NCBI GenBank assembly: GCA_964016885.1
Contig: OZ024744.1
Span: 6,820,001-6,884,000 of the forward strand
DNA length: 64,000 bases
Direction of reading: 5' to 3'
DNA from: Eledone cirrhosa
Lineage: Eukaryota
In this document: positions 1 through 13,589 of the stretch, piece after piece
How the letters are laid out: each line of letters starts with the position of its first letter
Position numbering within the stretch: the stretch's first letter is position 1
The notes under the pieces: generated by a model
What the model was told of the DNA's origin: nothing
Seen by the model: the letters and a program-made list of their open reading frames with translations, nothing else
The model's database searches: none
Translations under genes and position numbers: made by a program

Positions 1-569
1 GTCTACTGCAGTATTGCACTGATGTAGGTGTGGTGGAATAACGGTTATGTCTACTGCAGTATTGCATTGATGTAGGCGTGGTGCAGTAACGGTTAGGTCT
101 ACTGCAGTATTGCACTGATATAGGCGTGGTGCAGTAACGGTTATGTCTACTGCAGTATTGCACTGATGTAGGCGTGGTGCAGTAACGGTTATGTCTACTG
201 CAGTATTGCACTGATTAGGTGTGGTGCAGTAACGGTTATTGCTACTGCAGTATTGCACTGATGTAGGTGTGGTGCATTAACGCTTATGTCTACTGCAGTA
301 TTGCACTGAGGTAGGTGTGGTGCAGTAACCGTTATGTCTACTGCAGTATTGCACTGAGGTAGGTGTGGTGCAGTAACGGTTATGTCTACCGCAGTATTGC
401 ACTATTGTAGGTGTGGTGCAGTAACGTTTATGTCTACTGCAGTATTGCACTGATGTAGGTGTGGTGCAGTAATAGTTATGTCTACTGCAGTATTGCACTG
501 AGGTAGGTGTGGTGCAGTAACGGTTATGTCTACTGCAGTATTGAACTGAGGTAAGTGTGGTGCAGTAAC

Positions 570-3500
570 GGTTATTTCTACTGCAGTATTGCACTATTGT
601 AGGTGTAGTGCAGTAACGGTTATGTCTACTGCAGTATTGCACTGATGTAGGTGTGGTGCAGTAACGGTTATGTCTACTGCAATATTGCACTGATGTAGGT
701 GTGGTGCAGTAACGGTTATGTCTACTGCAGTATTGCACTGATGTAGGTGTGGTGCAGTAACGGTTATGTCTTCTGAAGTATTGCACTGATGTAGGTGTGG
801 TGCTGTAACGGTTATGTCTACTGCAGTATTGCACTGAGGTAGGTGTGGTGCTGTAACGGGTATGTCTACTGCAGTATTGCACTGAGGTAATTGTGGTGCA
901 GTACCGGTTATATCTACTGTAGTATTGCACTGATGTAGGTGTGGTGCAGTAACGGTTATGTCTACTGCAGTATTGCACTGAGGTAGGTTTGGTGCAGTAA
1001 CGGTTATGTCTACTGCAGTATTGTACTGATGTAGGTGTGGTGCAGTAACGATTATGTCTACTGCAGTATTGCACTGAGGTAGGCGTGGTGCAGTACCGGT
1101 TATGTCTACTGCAGTATTGCACTGATGTAGGTGTGGTGCAGTAACGGTTATTTCTACTGCAGTATTGCACTAAGTTATGTGTGGTGCAGTATCGGTTATG
1201 TCTACAGCAGTATTGCACTGAGGTAGGTGAGGTGCAGTATTGGTTATGTCTACAGCAGTATTGCACTGAGGTAGGTGTGGTGCAGTAACGGTTATGTATA
1301 CTCCAGTATTGCACTGATGTAGGTGTGGTGAAGTAACGGGTATGTCTACTGCAGTATTGCACTGATGTAGGTGTGGTGCAGTAACAGTTATTTCTACTGC
1401 AGTATTGCACTGATGTATGTGTGGTGCAGTAACGGTTATGTCTACTGCAGTATTGCACTGATGTAGGTGTGGTGCAGTAACGGTTATGTCTTCTGAAGTA
1501 TTGCACTGATGTAGGTGTGGTGCTGTAACGGTTATGTCTACTGCAGTATTGCACAGAGGTAGGTGTGGTGCTGTAACGGGTATGTCTACTGCAGTATTGC
1601 ACTGAGGTAATTGTGGTGCAGTACCGGTTATGTCTACTGTAGTATTGCACTGATGTAGGTGCGGTGCAGTAACGGTTATGTCTACTGCAGTATTGCACTG
1701 AGGTAGGTTTGGTGCAGTAACGGATATGTCTACTGCAGTATTGTACTGATGTAGGTGTCGTGCAGTAACGATTATGTCTACTGCAGTATTGCACTAAGGT
1801 AGGCGTGGTGCAGTACCGGTTATGTCTACTGCAGTATTGCACTGATATAGGTGTGGTGCAGTAACGGTTATTTCTACTGCAGTATTGCACTGATGTAGGC
1901 GTGGTGCAGTAACGGTTATGTCTACTGCAGTATTGCACTGATTAGGTGTGGTGCAGTAACGGTTATTGCTACTGCAGTATTGCACTGAGGTAGGTGTGGT
2001 GCAGTAACGGATATGTCTACTGCTGTATTGCACTGACGTACGTGTGGTGCAGTAACGGTTATGTCTACTGCAATATTGCACTGATATAGGTGTAGTGCAG
2101 TAACGGTTATTTCTACTACAGTATTGCACTGAGGTAGGTGTGGTGCAGTAACGGTTATGCCTACTACAATATTGCACTGATGTAGGTGTGGTGCAGTAAC
2201 GGGTATGTCTCTGCAGTATTACACTGATGTAAGTGTGGTGCAGTAACGGTTATGTCTACTGCAGTATTGAACTGATGAAGGTGTGGTCTAGTAAGGGTTA
2301 TGTCTACTGCAGTATTGCACTGATGTAGGTGTGGTGCAGTAACGGTCATGTCTACAGCAGTATTGCACTGATGTAGGTGTGGTGCAGTAACGGTTATTTC
2401 TACTGCAGTATTGCACTGAGGTAAGTGTGGTGCAGTAACGGTTATGTCTACTGCAGTATTGCACTGAGCTAGGTGTGGTGCAGTAACGGTTATGTCTACT
2501 GCAGTATTGCACTGATGAAGGTGTGGTGCAGTAAAGGTTATTTCTACTGCTGTATTGCACTGAGATAGGTGTGGTGCAGTAACATTTATGTCTACTGCAG
2601 TATGGCACTGAGGTAGGTGTGGTGCAGTAACGGTTATGTCTACTGCAGTATTGCACTGAGGTAGGTGTGGTGCAGTACCGGTTATGTCTACTGCAGTATT
2701 GCACTGATGTAGGTGTGGTGCAGTAACGGTTATTTCTACTGCAGTATTGCACTGATGTAGGTGTGGTGCAGTAACGGTTATGTCTACTTGAAGTATTGCA
2801 CTGATGTAGGTGTGGTGCAGTAACAGTTATGTCTACTGCAGTATTGCACTGATGTAGGTGTGGTGGAATAACGGTTATGTCTACTGCAGTATTGCATTGA
2901 TGTAGGCGTGGTGCAGTAACGGTTATGTCTACTGCAGTATTGCACTGATATAGGCGTGGTGCAGTAACGGTTATGTCTACTGCAGTATTGCAGTGATGTA
3001 GGCGTGGTGCAGTAACGGTTATGTCTACTGCAGTATTGCACTGATTAGGTGTGGTGCAGTAACGGTTATTGCTACTGCAGTATTGCACTGTTGTAGGTGT
3101 GGTGCATTAACGCTTATGTCTACTGCAGTATTGCACTGAGGTAGGTGTGGTGCAGTAACCGTTATGTCTACTGTAGTATTGCACTGAGGTAGGTGTGGTG
3201 CAGTAACGGTTATGTCTACCGCAGTATTGCACTATTGTAGGTGTGGTGCAGTAACGTTTATGTCTACTGCAGTATTGCACTGATGTAGGTGTGGTGCAGT
3301 AACAGTTATGTCTACTGCAGTATTGCACTGAGGTAGGTGTGGTGCAGTAACGGTTATGTCTACTGCAGTATTGAACTGAGGTAGGTGTGGTGCAGTAACG
3401 GTTATTTCTACTGCAGTATTGCACTCTTGTAGGTGTAGTGCAGTAACGGTTATGTCTACTGCAGTATTGCACTGATGTAGGTGTGGTGCAGTAACGGTTA

Positions 3501-5750
3501 TGTCTACTGCAATATTGCACTGATGTAGGTGTGGTGCAGTAACGGTTATGTCTACTGCAGTATTGCACTGATGTAGGTGTGGTGCAGTAACGGTTATGTC
3601 TTCTGAAGTATTGCACTGATGTAGGTGTGGTGCTGTAACGGTTATGTCTACTGCAGTATTGCACTGTGGTAGGTGTGGTGCTGTAACGGGTATGTCTACT
3701 GCAGTATTGCACTGAGGTAATTGTGGTGCAGTACCGGTTATGTCTACTGTAGTATTGCACTGATGTAGGTGTGGTGCAGTAACGGTTATGTCTACTGCAG
3801 TATTGCACTGAGGTAGGTTTGGTGCAGTAACGGTTATGTCTACTGCAGTATTGTACTGATGTAGGTGTGGTGCAGTAACGATTATGTCTACTGCAGTATT
3901 GCACTGAGGTAGGCGTGGTGCAGCACCGGTTATGTCTACTGCAGTATTGCACTGATGTAGGTGTGGTGCAGTAACGGTTATTTCTACTGCAGTATTGCAC
4001 TAAGTTATGTGTGGTGCAGTATCGGTTATGTCTACAGCAGTATTGTACTGAGGTAGGTGAGGTGCAGTATTGGTTATGTCTACAGCAGTATTGCACTGAG
4101 GTAGGTGTGGTGCAGTAACGGTTATGTATACTCCAGTATTGCACTGATGTAGGTGTGTTGCAGTAACGGGTATGTCTACTGCAGTATTGCACTGATGTAG
4201 GTGTGGTGCAGTAACAGTTATTTCTACTGCAGTATTGCACTGATATATGTGTGGTGCAGTAACGGTTATGTCTACTGCAGTATTGCACTGATATACGTGT
4301 GGTGCAGTAACGGTTATGTCTACTGCAGTATTGCACTGAGGAAGGTTTGGTGCATTAACGGTTATGTCTACTGCAGTATTGCACTGAGGTAGGTGTCGTG
4401 CAGTAACGGTTATGTCTACTGCAGTATTGCACTGAGATAGGTGTGGTGCAGTAACGGTTATGTCTACTGCAGTATTGCACTGATGTAGGTGTGGTGCAGT
4501 AACGGTTATGTCTCCTGCACTATTGCACTGAGGTAGGTGTGGTGCAGTAACGGTTATGTCTAATGCAGTATTGCACTGAGGTAGGTGTGGTGCAGTAACG
4601 GATATGTCTACTGCAGTATTGCACTGACGTACGTGTGGTGCAGTAACGGTTATGTCTACTGCAATATTGCACTGATATAGGTGTAGTGCAATAACGGTTA
4701 TTTCTACTGCAGTATTGCACTGAGGTAGGTGTGATGCAGTAACGGTTATGCCTACTACAATATTGCACTGATGTAGGTGTGGTGCAGTAACGGGTATGTC
4801 TCTGCAGTATTACACTGATGTAAGTGTGGTGCTGTAACGGTTATGTCTACTGCAGTATTGAACTGATGAAGGTGTGGTCTAGTAAGGGTTATGTCTACTG
4901 CAGTATTGCACTGATGTAGGTGTGGTGCAGTAACGGTCATGTCTACAGCAGTATTGCACTGATGTAGGTGTGGTGCAGTAACGGTTATTTCTACTGCAGT
5001 AATGCACTGAGGTAAGTGTGGTGCAGTAACGGCTATGTCTACTGCAGTATTGCACTGAGCTAGCTGTGGTGCAGTAACGGTTATGTCTACTGCAGTATTG
5101 CACTGATGAAGGTGTGGTGCAGTAAAGGTTATTTCTACTGCTGTATTGCACTGAGATAGGTGTGGTGCAGTAACATTTATGTCTACTGCAGTATTGCACT
5201 GAGGTAGGTGTGGTGCAGTAACGGTTATGTCTACTGCAGTATTGCACTGATGTAGGCGTGGTGCAGTAACGATTATGTCTACTGCAGTATTGCACTGAGG
5301 CAGGTGCGGTGCAGTAACGGTTATGTCTACTGCAGTATTGCACTGAGGTAGGTGTGGTGCAGTAACGGATATGTCTACTGCAGTATTGCACTGAGGTAGG
5401 TGTGGTGCAGTACCGGTTATGTCTACTGCAGTATTGCACTGATGTAGGTGTGGTGCAGTAACGGTTATTTCTACTGCAGTATTGCACTGATGTAGGTGTG
5501 GTGCAGTAACGGTTATGTCTACTTGAAGTATTGCACTGGTGTAGGCGTGGTGCAGTAACAGTTATGTCTACTGCAGTATTGCACTGATGTAGGTGTGGTG
5601 GAATAACGGTTATGTCTACTGCAGTATTGCACTGAGTTAGGTGTGGTGCAGTAGCGGTTTGTCTACTGCAGTATTGCACTGATGTAGGTGTGGTGCATTA
5701 ACGCTTATGTCTACTGCAGTATTGCATTGATGTAGGCGTGGTCCAGTAAC
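570..5750. repeat. ~5.2-kb block with a near-identical copy 22,487 bp downstream (~23060-28230)
   Basis: The offset is a constant 22,487 for CTATTGTAGGTGTAGTG (594/23081) and for ORF ends 1938/24425, 2164/24651, 4336/26823, 4879/27366 and 5637/28124. Confidence 0.9.
725..1900. repeat. Local 720-bp (15-monomer) higher-order duplication
   Basis: The diagnostic TTCTGAAG variant occurs at 771 and 1491 (offset 720). Each is followed by the same variant series (GCTGT, GCTGTAACGGG, GTAATT/TACCGG/CTGTAG, GGTTTGG/TTGTACT, CGATT). The same arrangement recurs near 23.2-24.4 kb and 33.6-34.7 kb. Confidence 0.88.
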
Positions 5751-8700
5751 GGTTATTGCTACTGCAGTATTGCACTGATGTAGGTGTGGTGGAATAACGG
5801 TTATGTCTACTGCAGTATTGCACTGATATAGGCGTGGTGCAGTAACGGTTATGTCTACTGCAGTATTGCACTGATCTAGGCGTGGTGCAGTAACGGTTAT
5901 GTCTACTGCAGTATTGCACTGATTAGGTGTGGTGCAGTAACGGTTATTGCTACTGCAGTATTGCACTGATGTAGGTGTGGTGCATTAACGCTTATGTCTA
6001 CTGCAGTATTGCACTGAGGTAGGTGTGGTGCAGTAACCGTTATGTCTACTGCAGTATTGCACTGAGGTAGGTGTGGTGCAGTAACGGTTATGTCTACCGC
6101 AGTATTGCACTATTGTAGGTGTGGTGCAGTAACGTTTATGTCTACTGCAATATTGCACTGATATAGTTGTGGTGCAGTAACGGTTATGTCTACTGCAGTA
6201 TTGCACTGAGATAGGTGTGGTGCAGTAACCGTTATGTTTACTGCAGTATTGCACTGATGTAGGTGTGGTGCAGTAATAGTTATGTCTACTGCAGTATTGC
6301 ACTGAGGTAGGTGTGGTGCAGTAACGGTTATGTCTACTGCAGTATTGAACTGAGGTAGGTGTGGTGCAGTAACGGTTATTTCTACTGCAGTATTGCACTA
6401 TTGTAGGTGTAGTGCAGTAACGGTTATGTCTACTGCAGTATTGCACTGATGTAGGTGTGGTGCACTAACGGTTATGTCTACTGCAATATTGCACTGATGT
6501 AGGTGTGGTGCAGTAACGGTTATGTCTACTGCAGTATTGCACTGATGTAGGTGTGGTGCAGTAACGGTTATGTCTTCTGAAGTATTGCACTGATGTAGGT
6601 GTGTTGCTGTAACGGTTATGTCTACTGCAGTATTGCACTGAGGTAGGTGTGGTGCTGTAACGGTTATGTCTACTGCAGTATTGCACTGAGGTAGGTGTGG
6701 CGCAGTAACGGCTATGTCCACTGCAGTATTGCACTGATGTAGGTGTGGTGCAGTAACGGTTATTTCTACTGCATTATTGCACTGATGTAGGTGTGGTGCA
6801 GTAACGGTTATTTCTACTGCATTATTGCACTGATGTAGGTGTGGTGCAGTAACGGTTAGGTCTACTGCAGTATTGCACTGAGGTAGGTGTGGTGCAGTAA
6901 CGGTTATGTCTACTGTTGTATTGCACTGAGGTATGTGTGGTGCAGTAACGGTTATGTCTACTGCAGTATTTCACTGATGTAGGTCTGTTGCCGTAATGGT
7001 TATGTCTACTGCAGTATTGCACTGAAATATGTGTTGTGCAGTAACGGTTATGTCTACTGCAGTCTTGCACTGAGATAAATGTGGTGCAGTAACGGTTATG
7101 TATACTCCAGTATTGCACTGATGTAGGTGTGGTGCAGTAACGGGTATGTCTACTGCAGTATTGCACTGATGTAGGTGTGGTGCAGTAACAGTTATTTCTA
7201 CTGCAGTATTGCACTGATGTATGTGTGGTGCAGTAACGGTTATGTCTACTGCAGTATTGCACTGATGTACGTGTGGTGCAGTAACGGTTATGTCTACTGC
7301 AGTATTGCACTGATTAGGTGTGGTGCAGTAACGGTTATGTCTACTGCAGTATTGCACTGAGGTACGTGTCGTGCAGTAACGGTTATGTCTACTGCAGTAT
7401 TGCACTGAGATAGGTGTGGTGCAGTAACGGTTATGTCTACTGCAGTATTGCACTGATGTAGGTGTGGTGCAGTAACGGTTATGTCTCCTGCACTATTGCA
7501 CTGAGGTAGGTGTGGTGCAGTAACGGTTATGTCTAATGCAGTATTGCACTGAGGTAGGTGTGGTGCAGTAACGGATATGTCTACTGCAGTATTGCACTGA
7601 GGTAGGTGTGGTGCAGTAACGGTTATGCCTACTACAATATTGCACTGATGTAGGTATGGTGCACTAACGGGTATGTCTCTGCAGTATTACACTGATGTAA
7701 GTGTGGTGCAGTAACGGTTATGTCTACTGCAGTATTGAACTGATGAAGGTGTGGTCTAGTAAGGGTTATGTCTACTGCAGTATTGCACTGATGTAGGTGT
7801 GGTGCAGTAACGGTTATGTATACTGCAGTATTGCACTAAGTTATGTGTGGTGCAGTATCGGTTATGTCTACAGCAGTATTGCACTGAGGTAGGTGAGGTT
7901 CAGTAATGGTTATGTCTACAGCAGTATTGCACTGAGGTAGGTGTGGTGCAGTAACGGTTATATATACTCCAGTATTGCACTGATGTAGGTGTGGTGCAGT
8001 AACGGGTATGTCTACTGCAGTATTGCACTGATGTAGGTGTGGTGCAGTAACAGTTATTTCTACTGCAGTATTGCACTGATGTATGTGTGGTGCAGTAACG
8101 GACATGTCTACTGCAGTATTGCACTGATGTACGTGTGGTGCAGTAACGGTTATGTCTACTGCAGTATTGCACTGAGGAAGGTGTGGTGCAGTAACGGTTA
8201 TGTCTACTGCAGTATTGCACTGAGGTAGGTGTCGTGCAGTAACGGTTATGTCTACTGCAGTATTGCACTGAGATAGGTGTGGTGCAGTAACGGTTATGTC
8301 TACTGCAGTATTGCACTGATGTAGGTGTGGTGCAGTAACGCTTATGTCTCCTGCACTATTGCACTGAGGTAGGTGTGGTGCAGTAACGGTTATGTCTAAT
8401 GCAGTATTGCACTGAGGTAGGTGTGGTGCAGTAACGGATATGTCTACTGCAGTATTGCACTGACGTACGTGTGGTGCAGTAACGGTTATGTCTACTGCAA
8501 TATTACACTGATATAGGTGTAGTGCAGTAACGGTTATTTCTACTGCAGTATTGCACTGAGGTAGGTGTGGTGCAGTAACGGTTATGCCTACTACAATATT
8601 GCACTGATGTAGGTGTGGTGCAGTAACGGGTATGTCTCTGCAGTATTACACTGATGTAAGTGTGGTGCAGTAACGGTTATGTCTACTGCAGTATTGAACT

Positions 8701-11700
8701 GATGAAGGTGTGGTCTAGTAAGGGTTATGTCTACTGCAGTATTGCACTGATATAGGTGTGGTGCAGTAACGGTCATGTCTACATCAGTGTTGCACTGATG
8801 TAGGTGTGGTGCAGTAACGGTTATTTCTACTGCAGTATTGCACTGAGGTAAGTGTGGTGCAGTAACGGTTATGTCTACTGCAGTATTGCACTGAGCTAGG
8901 TGTGGTGCAGTAACGGTTATGTCTACTGCAGTATTGCACTGATGAAGGTGTGGTGCAGTAAAGGTTATTTCTACTGCTGTATTGCACTGAGATAGGTGTG
9001 GTGCAGTAACATTTATGTCTACTGCAGTATTGCACTGAGGTAGGTGTGGTGCAGTAACGGTTATGTCTACTGCAGTATTGCACTGATATAGGCGTGGTGC
9101 AGTAACGGTTATGTCTACTGCAGTATTGCACTGATGTAGGCGTGGTGCAGTAACGGTTATGTCTACTGCAGTATTGTACTGATTAGGTGTGGTGCAGTAA
9201 CGGTTATTGCTACTGCAGTATTGCACTGATGTAGGTGTGGTGTATTAACGCTTATGTCTACTGCAGTATTGCACTGAGGTAGGTGTGGTGCAGTAACCGT
9301 TATGTCTACTGCAGTATTGCACTGAGGTAGGTGTGGTGCAGTAACGGTTATGTCTACCGCAGTATTGCACTATTGTAGGTGTGGTGCAGTAACGTTTATG
9401 TCTACTGCAATATTGCACTGATATAGGTGTGGTGCAGTAACGGTTATGTCTACTGCAGTATTGCACTGAGATAGGTGTGGTGCAGTAACCGTTATGTTTA
9501 CTGCAGTATTGCACTGATGTAGGTGTGGTGCAGTAACAGTTATGTCTACTGCAGTATTGCACTGAGGTAGGTGTGGTGCAGTAACGGTTATGTCTACTGC
9601 AGTATTGAACTGAGGTAGGTGTGGTGCAGTAACGGTTATTTCTACTGCAGTATTGCACTATTGTAGGTGTAGTGCAGTAACGGTTATGTCTACTGCAGTA
9701 TTGCACTGATGTAGGTGTGGTGCAGTAACGGTTATGTCTACTGCAATATTGCACTGATGTAGGTGTGGTGCAGTAACGGTTATGTCTACTGCAGTATTGC
9801 ACTGATGTAGGTGTGGTGCAGTAACGGTTATGTCTTATGAAGTATTGCACTGATGTAGGTGTGGTGCTGTAACGGTTATGTCTACTGCAGTATTGCACTG
9901 AGGTAGGTGTGGTGCTGTAACGGGTATGTCTACTGCAGTATTGCACTGAGGTAATTGTGGTGCAGTACCGGTTATGTCTACTGTAGTATTGCACTGATGT
10001 AGGTGTGGTGCAGTAACGGTTATGTCTACTGCAGTATTGCACTGAGGTAGGTTTGGTGCAGTAACGGTTATGTCTACTGCAGTATTGTACTGATGTAGGT
10101 GTGGTGCAGTAACGATTATGTCTACTGCAGTATTGCACTGAGGTAGGCGTGGTGCAGTACCGGTTATGTCTACTGCAGTATTGCACTGATGTAGGTGTGG
10201 TGCAGTAACGGTTATTTCTACTGCAGTATTGCACTAAGTTATGTGTGGTGCATTATCGGTTATGTCTACAGCAGTATTGCATTGAGGTAGGTGAGGTGCA
10301 GTAATGGTTATGTCTACAGCAGTATTGCACTGAGGTAGGTGTGGTGCAGTAACTGTTATGTATACTCCAGTATTGCACTGATGTAGGTGTGGTGCAGTAA
10401 CGGGTATGTCTACTGCAGTATTGCACTGATGTAGGTGTGGTGCAGTAACAGTTATTTCTACTGCAGTATTGCACTGATGTATGTGTGGTGCAGTAACGGT
10501 TATGTCTACTGCAGTATTGCACTGATGTACGTGTGGTGCAGTAACGGTTATGTCTACTGCAGTATTGCACTGATTAGGTGTGGTGCAGTAACGGTTATGT
10601 CTACTGCAGTATTGCACTGAGGTACGTGTCGTGCAGTAACGGTTATGTCTACTGCAGTATTGCACTGAGATAGGTGTGGTGCAGTAACGGTTATGTCTAC
10701 TGCAGTATTGCACTGATGTAGGTGTGGTGCAGTAACGGTTATGTCTCCTGCACTATTGCACTGAGGTAGGTGTGGTGCAGTAACGGTTATGTCTAATGCA
10801 GTATTGCACTGAGGTAGGTGTGGTGCAGTAACGGATATGTCTACTGCAGTATTGCACTGAGGTAGGTGTGGTGCAGTAACGGTTATGCCTACTACAATAT
10901 TGCACTGATGTAGGTATGGTGCACTAACGGGTATGTCTCTGCAGTATTACACTGATGTAAGTGTGGTGCAGTAACGGTTATGTCTACTGCAGTATTGAAC
11001 TGATGAAGGTGTGGTCTAGTAAGGGTTATGTCTACTGCAGTATTGCACTGATGTAGGTGTGGTGCAGTAACGGTCATGTCTACAGCAGTATTGCACTGAT
11101 GTAGGTGTGGTGCAGTAACGGTTATTTCTACTGCAGTATTGCACTGAGGTAAGTGTGGTGCAGTAACGGTTATGTCTACTGCAGTATTGCCCTGAGCTAG
11201 GTGTGGTGCAGTAACGGTTATGTCTACTGCAGTATTGCACTGATGAAGGTGTGGTGCAGTAAAGGTTATTTCTACTGCTGTATTGCACTGAGATAGGTGT
11301 GGTGCAGTAACATTTATGTCTACTGCAGTATTTTACTGAGGTAGGTGTGGTGCAGTAACGGTTATGTCTACTGCAGTATTGCACTGATATAGGCGTGGTG
11401 CAGTAACGATTATGTCTACTGCAGTATTGCACTGAGGCAGGTGTGGTGCAGTAACGGTTATGTCTACTGCAATATTGCACTGATATAGTTGTGGTGCAGT
11501 AACGGTTATGTCTACTGCAGTATTGCACTGAGATAGGTGTGGTGCAGTAACCGTTATGTTTACTGCAGTATTGCACTGATGTAGGTGTGGTGCAGTAACA
11601 GTTATGTCTACTGCAGTATTGCACTGAGGTAGGTGTGGTGCAGTAACGGTTATGTCTACTGCAGTATTGAACTGAGGTAGGTGTGGTGCAGTAACGGTTA

Positions 11701-13589
11701 TTTCTACTGCAGTATTGCACTATTGTAGGTGTAGTGCAGTAACGGTTATGTCTACTGCAGTATTGCACTGATGTAGGTGTGGTGCAGTAATGGTTATGTC
11801 TACTGCAATATTGCACTGATGTAGGTGTGGTGCAGTAACGGTTATGTCTACTGCAGTATTGCACTGATGTAGGTGTGGTGCAGTAACGGTTATGTCTTCT
11901 GAAGTATTGCACTGATGTAGGTGTGGTGCTGTAACGGTTATGTCTACTGCAGTATTGCACTGAGGTAGGTGTGGCGCAGTAACGGCTATGTCCACTGCAG
12001 TATTGCACTGATGTAGGTGTGGTGCAGTAACGGTTATTTCTACTGCATTATTGCACTGATGTAGGTGTGGTGCAGTAACGGTTATTTCTACTGCATTATT
12101 GCACTGATGTAGGTGTGGTGCAGTAACGGTTAGGTCTACTGCAGTATTGCACTGAGGTAGGTGTGGTGCAGTAACGGTTATGTCTACTGCAGTATTTCAC
12201 TGATGTAGGTGTGTTGCCGTAATGGTTATGTCTACTGCAGTATTGCACTGAAATATGTGTTGTGCAGTAACGGTTATGTCTACTGCAGTCTTGCACTGAG
12301 ATAAATGTGGTGCAGTAACGGTTATGTCTACTGCAGTATTTCACTGATGAAGGTGTGGTGCTGTAACAGTTATGTCTACTGCAGTATTGCACTGAAGTAG
12401 GTGTGGTGCAGTAACGGTTATGTCTAATGCAGTAATGCACTGAGGTAGGAGTGGTGCAGTAACGGTTATGTCTACTGCAGTATTGCACTGATGTAGGTGT
12501 GGTGCAGTAACGGTTATGTCTACTGCAGTATTGCACTGATGAAGGTGTGGTGCAGTAACGGTTATATCTACTGCAGTAATGCACTGATGTAGGTGTGGTG
12601 CAGTAACGGTCATGTCTACAGCAGTATTGCACTGATGTAGGTGTAGTGCAGTAACGGTTATGTCTACTGCAGTATTGCACTGATGAAGGTGTGGTGCAGT
12701 AACGTTTATGTCTATTGCAGTATTGCACTGAGGTAGGTGTGGTGCAGTAACGGTTATGTCTACTGCAGTATTGCACTGATGAAGGTGTGGTACAGTAACC
12801 GTTATGTCTACTGCAGTATTGCACTGATGTAGGTGTGGTGGAGTAACAGTTATGTCTACTGCAGTATTGCACTGAGTTAGGTGTGGTGCAGTAGCGGTAT
12901 GTCTATTGCAGTATTGCACTGATGTAGGTGTGGTGCATTAACGCTCATGTCTACTGCAGTATTGCACTGATGTAGGCATGGTGCAGTAACGGTTATGTAT
13001 ACTGCAGTATTGCACTGATGTAGGCGTGGTGCAATAACGGTTATGTCTACTGCAGTATTGCACTGATGTAGGCGTTGTGCAGTAACGGTTATGTCTACTG
13101 CAGTATTGCACGTATTAGGTGTGGTGCAGTAACGGTTATTTCTACTGCAGTATTGCACTGATGTAGGTGTGGTGCATTAATGCTTATGTCTACTGCAGTA
13201 TTGCACTGAGGTAGGTGTGGTGCAGTAACGGTTATGTCTACTGCAGTATTGCACTGATGTAGGTGTGGTGCAGTAACGGGTATGTCTACCGCAGTATTGC
13301 ACTATTGTAGGTGTGGTGCAGTAACGGTTATGTCTACTGCAATATTGCACTGATATAGGTGTAGTGCAGTAACGGTTATGTATACTGCAGTATTGCACTG
13401 ATTAGGTGTGGTGCAGTAACGGTTATTGCTACTGCAGTATTGCACTGACGTAGGTGTGGTGCAGTAACGGTTATGTCTACTGCAGTATTGAACTGAGGTA
13501 GGTGTGGTGCAGTAACGGTTATTTCTACTGCAGTATTGCACTATTGTAGGTGTAGTGCAGTAACGGTTATGTCTACTGCAGTATTGCAC

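Noticed and set aside
14-38. Metal-response elements (TGCRCNC)
   Set aside because: The TGCAC cores read TGCACTG and TGCACCA, both lacking the required final C.
3-50. LRR-like plus-frame peptide LLQYCTDVGVVQ*RLC under a stop-reassigned genetic code
   Set aside because: The 16-aa period does not fit cysteine-containing LRRs (about 26 aa), it needs TAA readthrough in every unit, and frameshifts recur.
25-56. Resemblance to budding-yeast telomeric repeats (GGTG...ACGG...ATGTCTA; TAGGTGTGGTG)
   Set aside because: The similarity is only gapped and short. A 48-bp unit with heritable variant cassettes over more than 64 kb indicates recombinational amplification, not telomerase synthesis. A subtelomeric location cannot be judged from this window.
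2268-2300. Satellite-encoded hammerhead ribozyme or C/D-box RNA (CTGATGA in GATGAAGG variants)
   Set aside because: Hammerheads occur in newt, schistosome and cave-cricket satellites, but here CUGAUGA is only a minority variant. The required downstream GAAA core and three-stem arrangement are absent.
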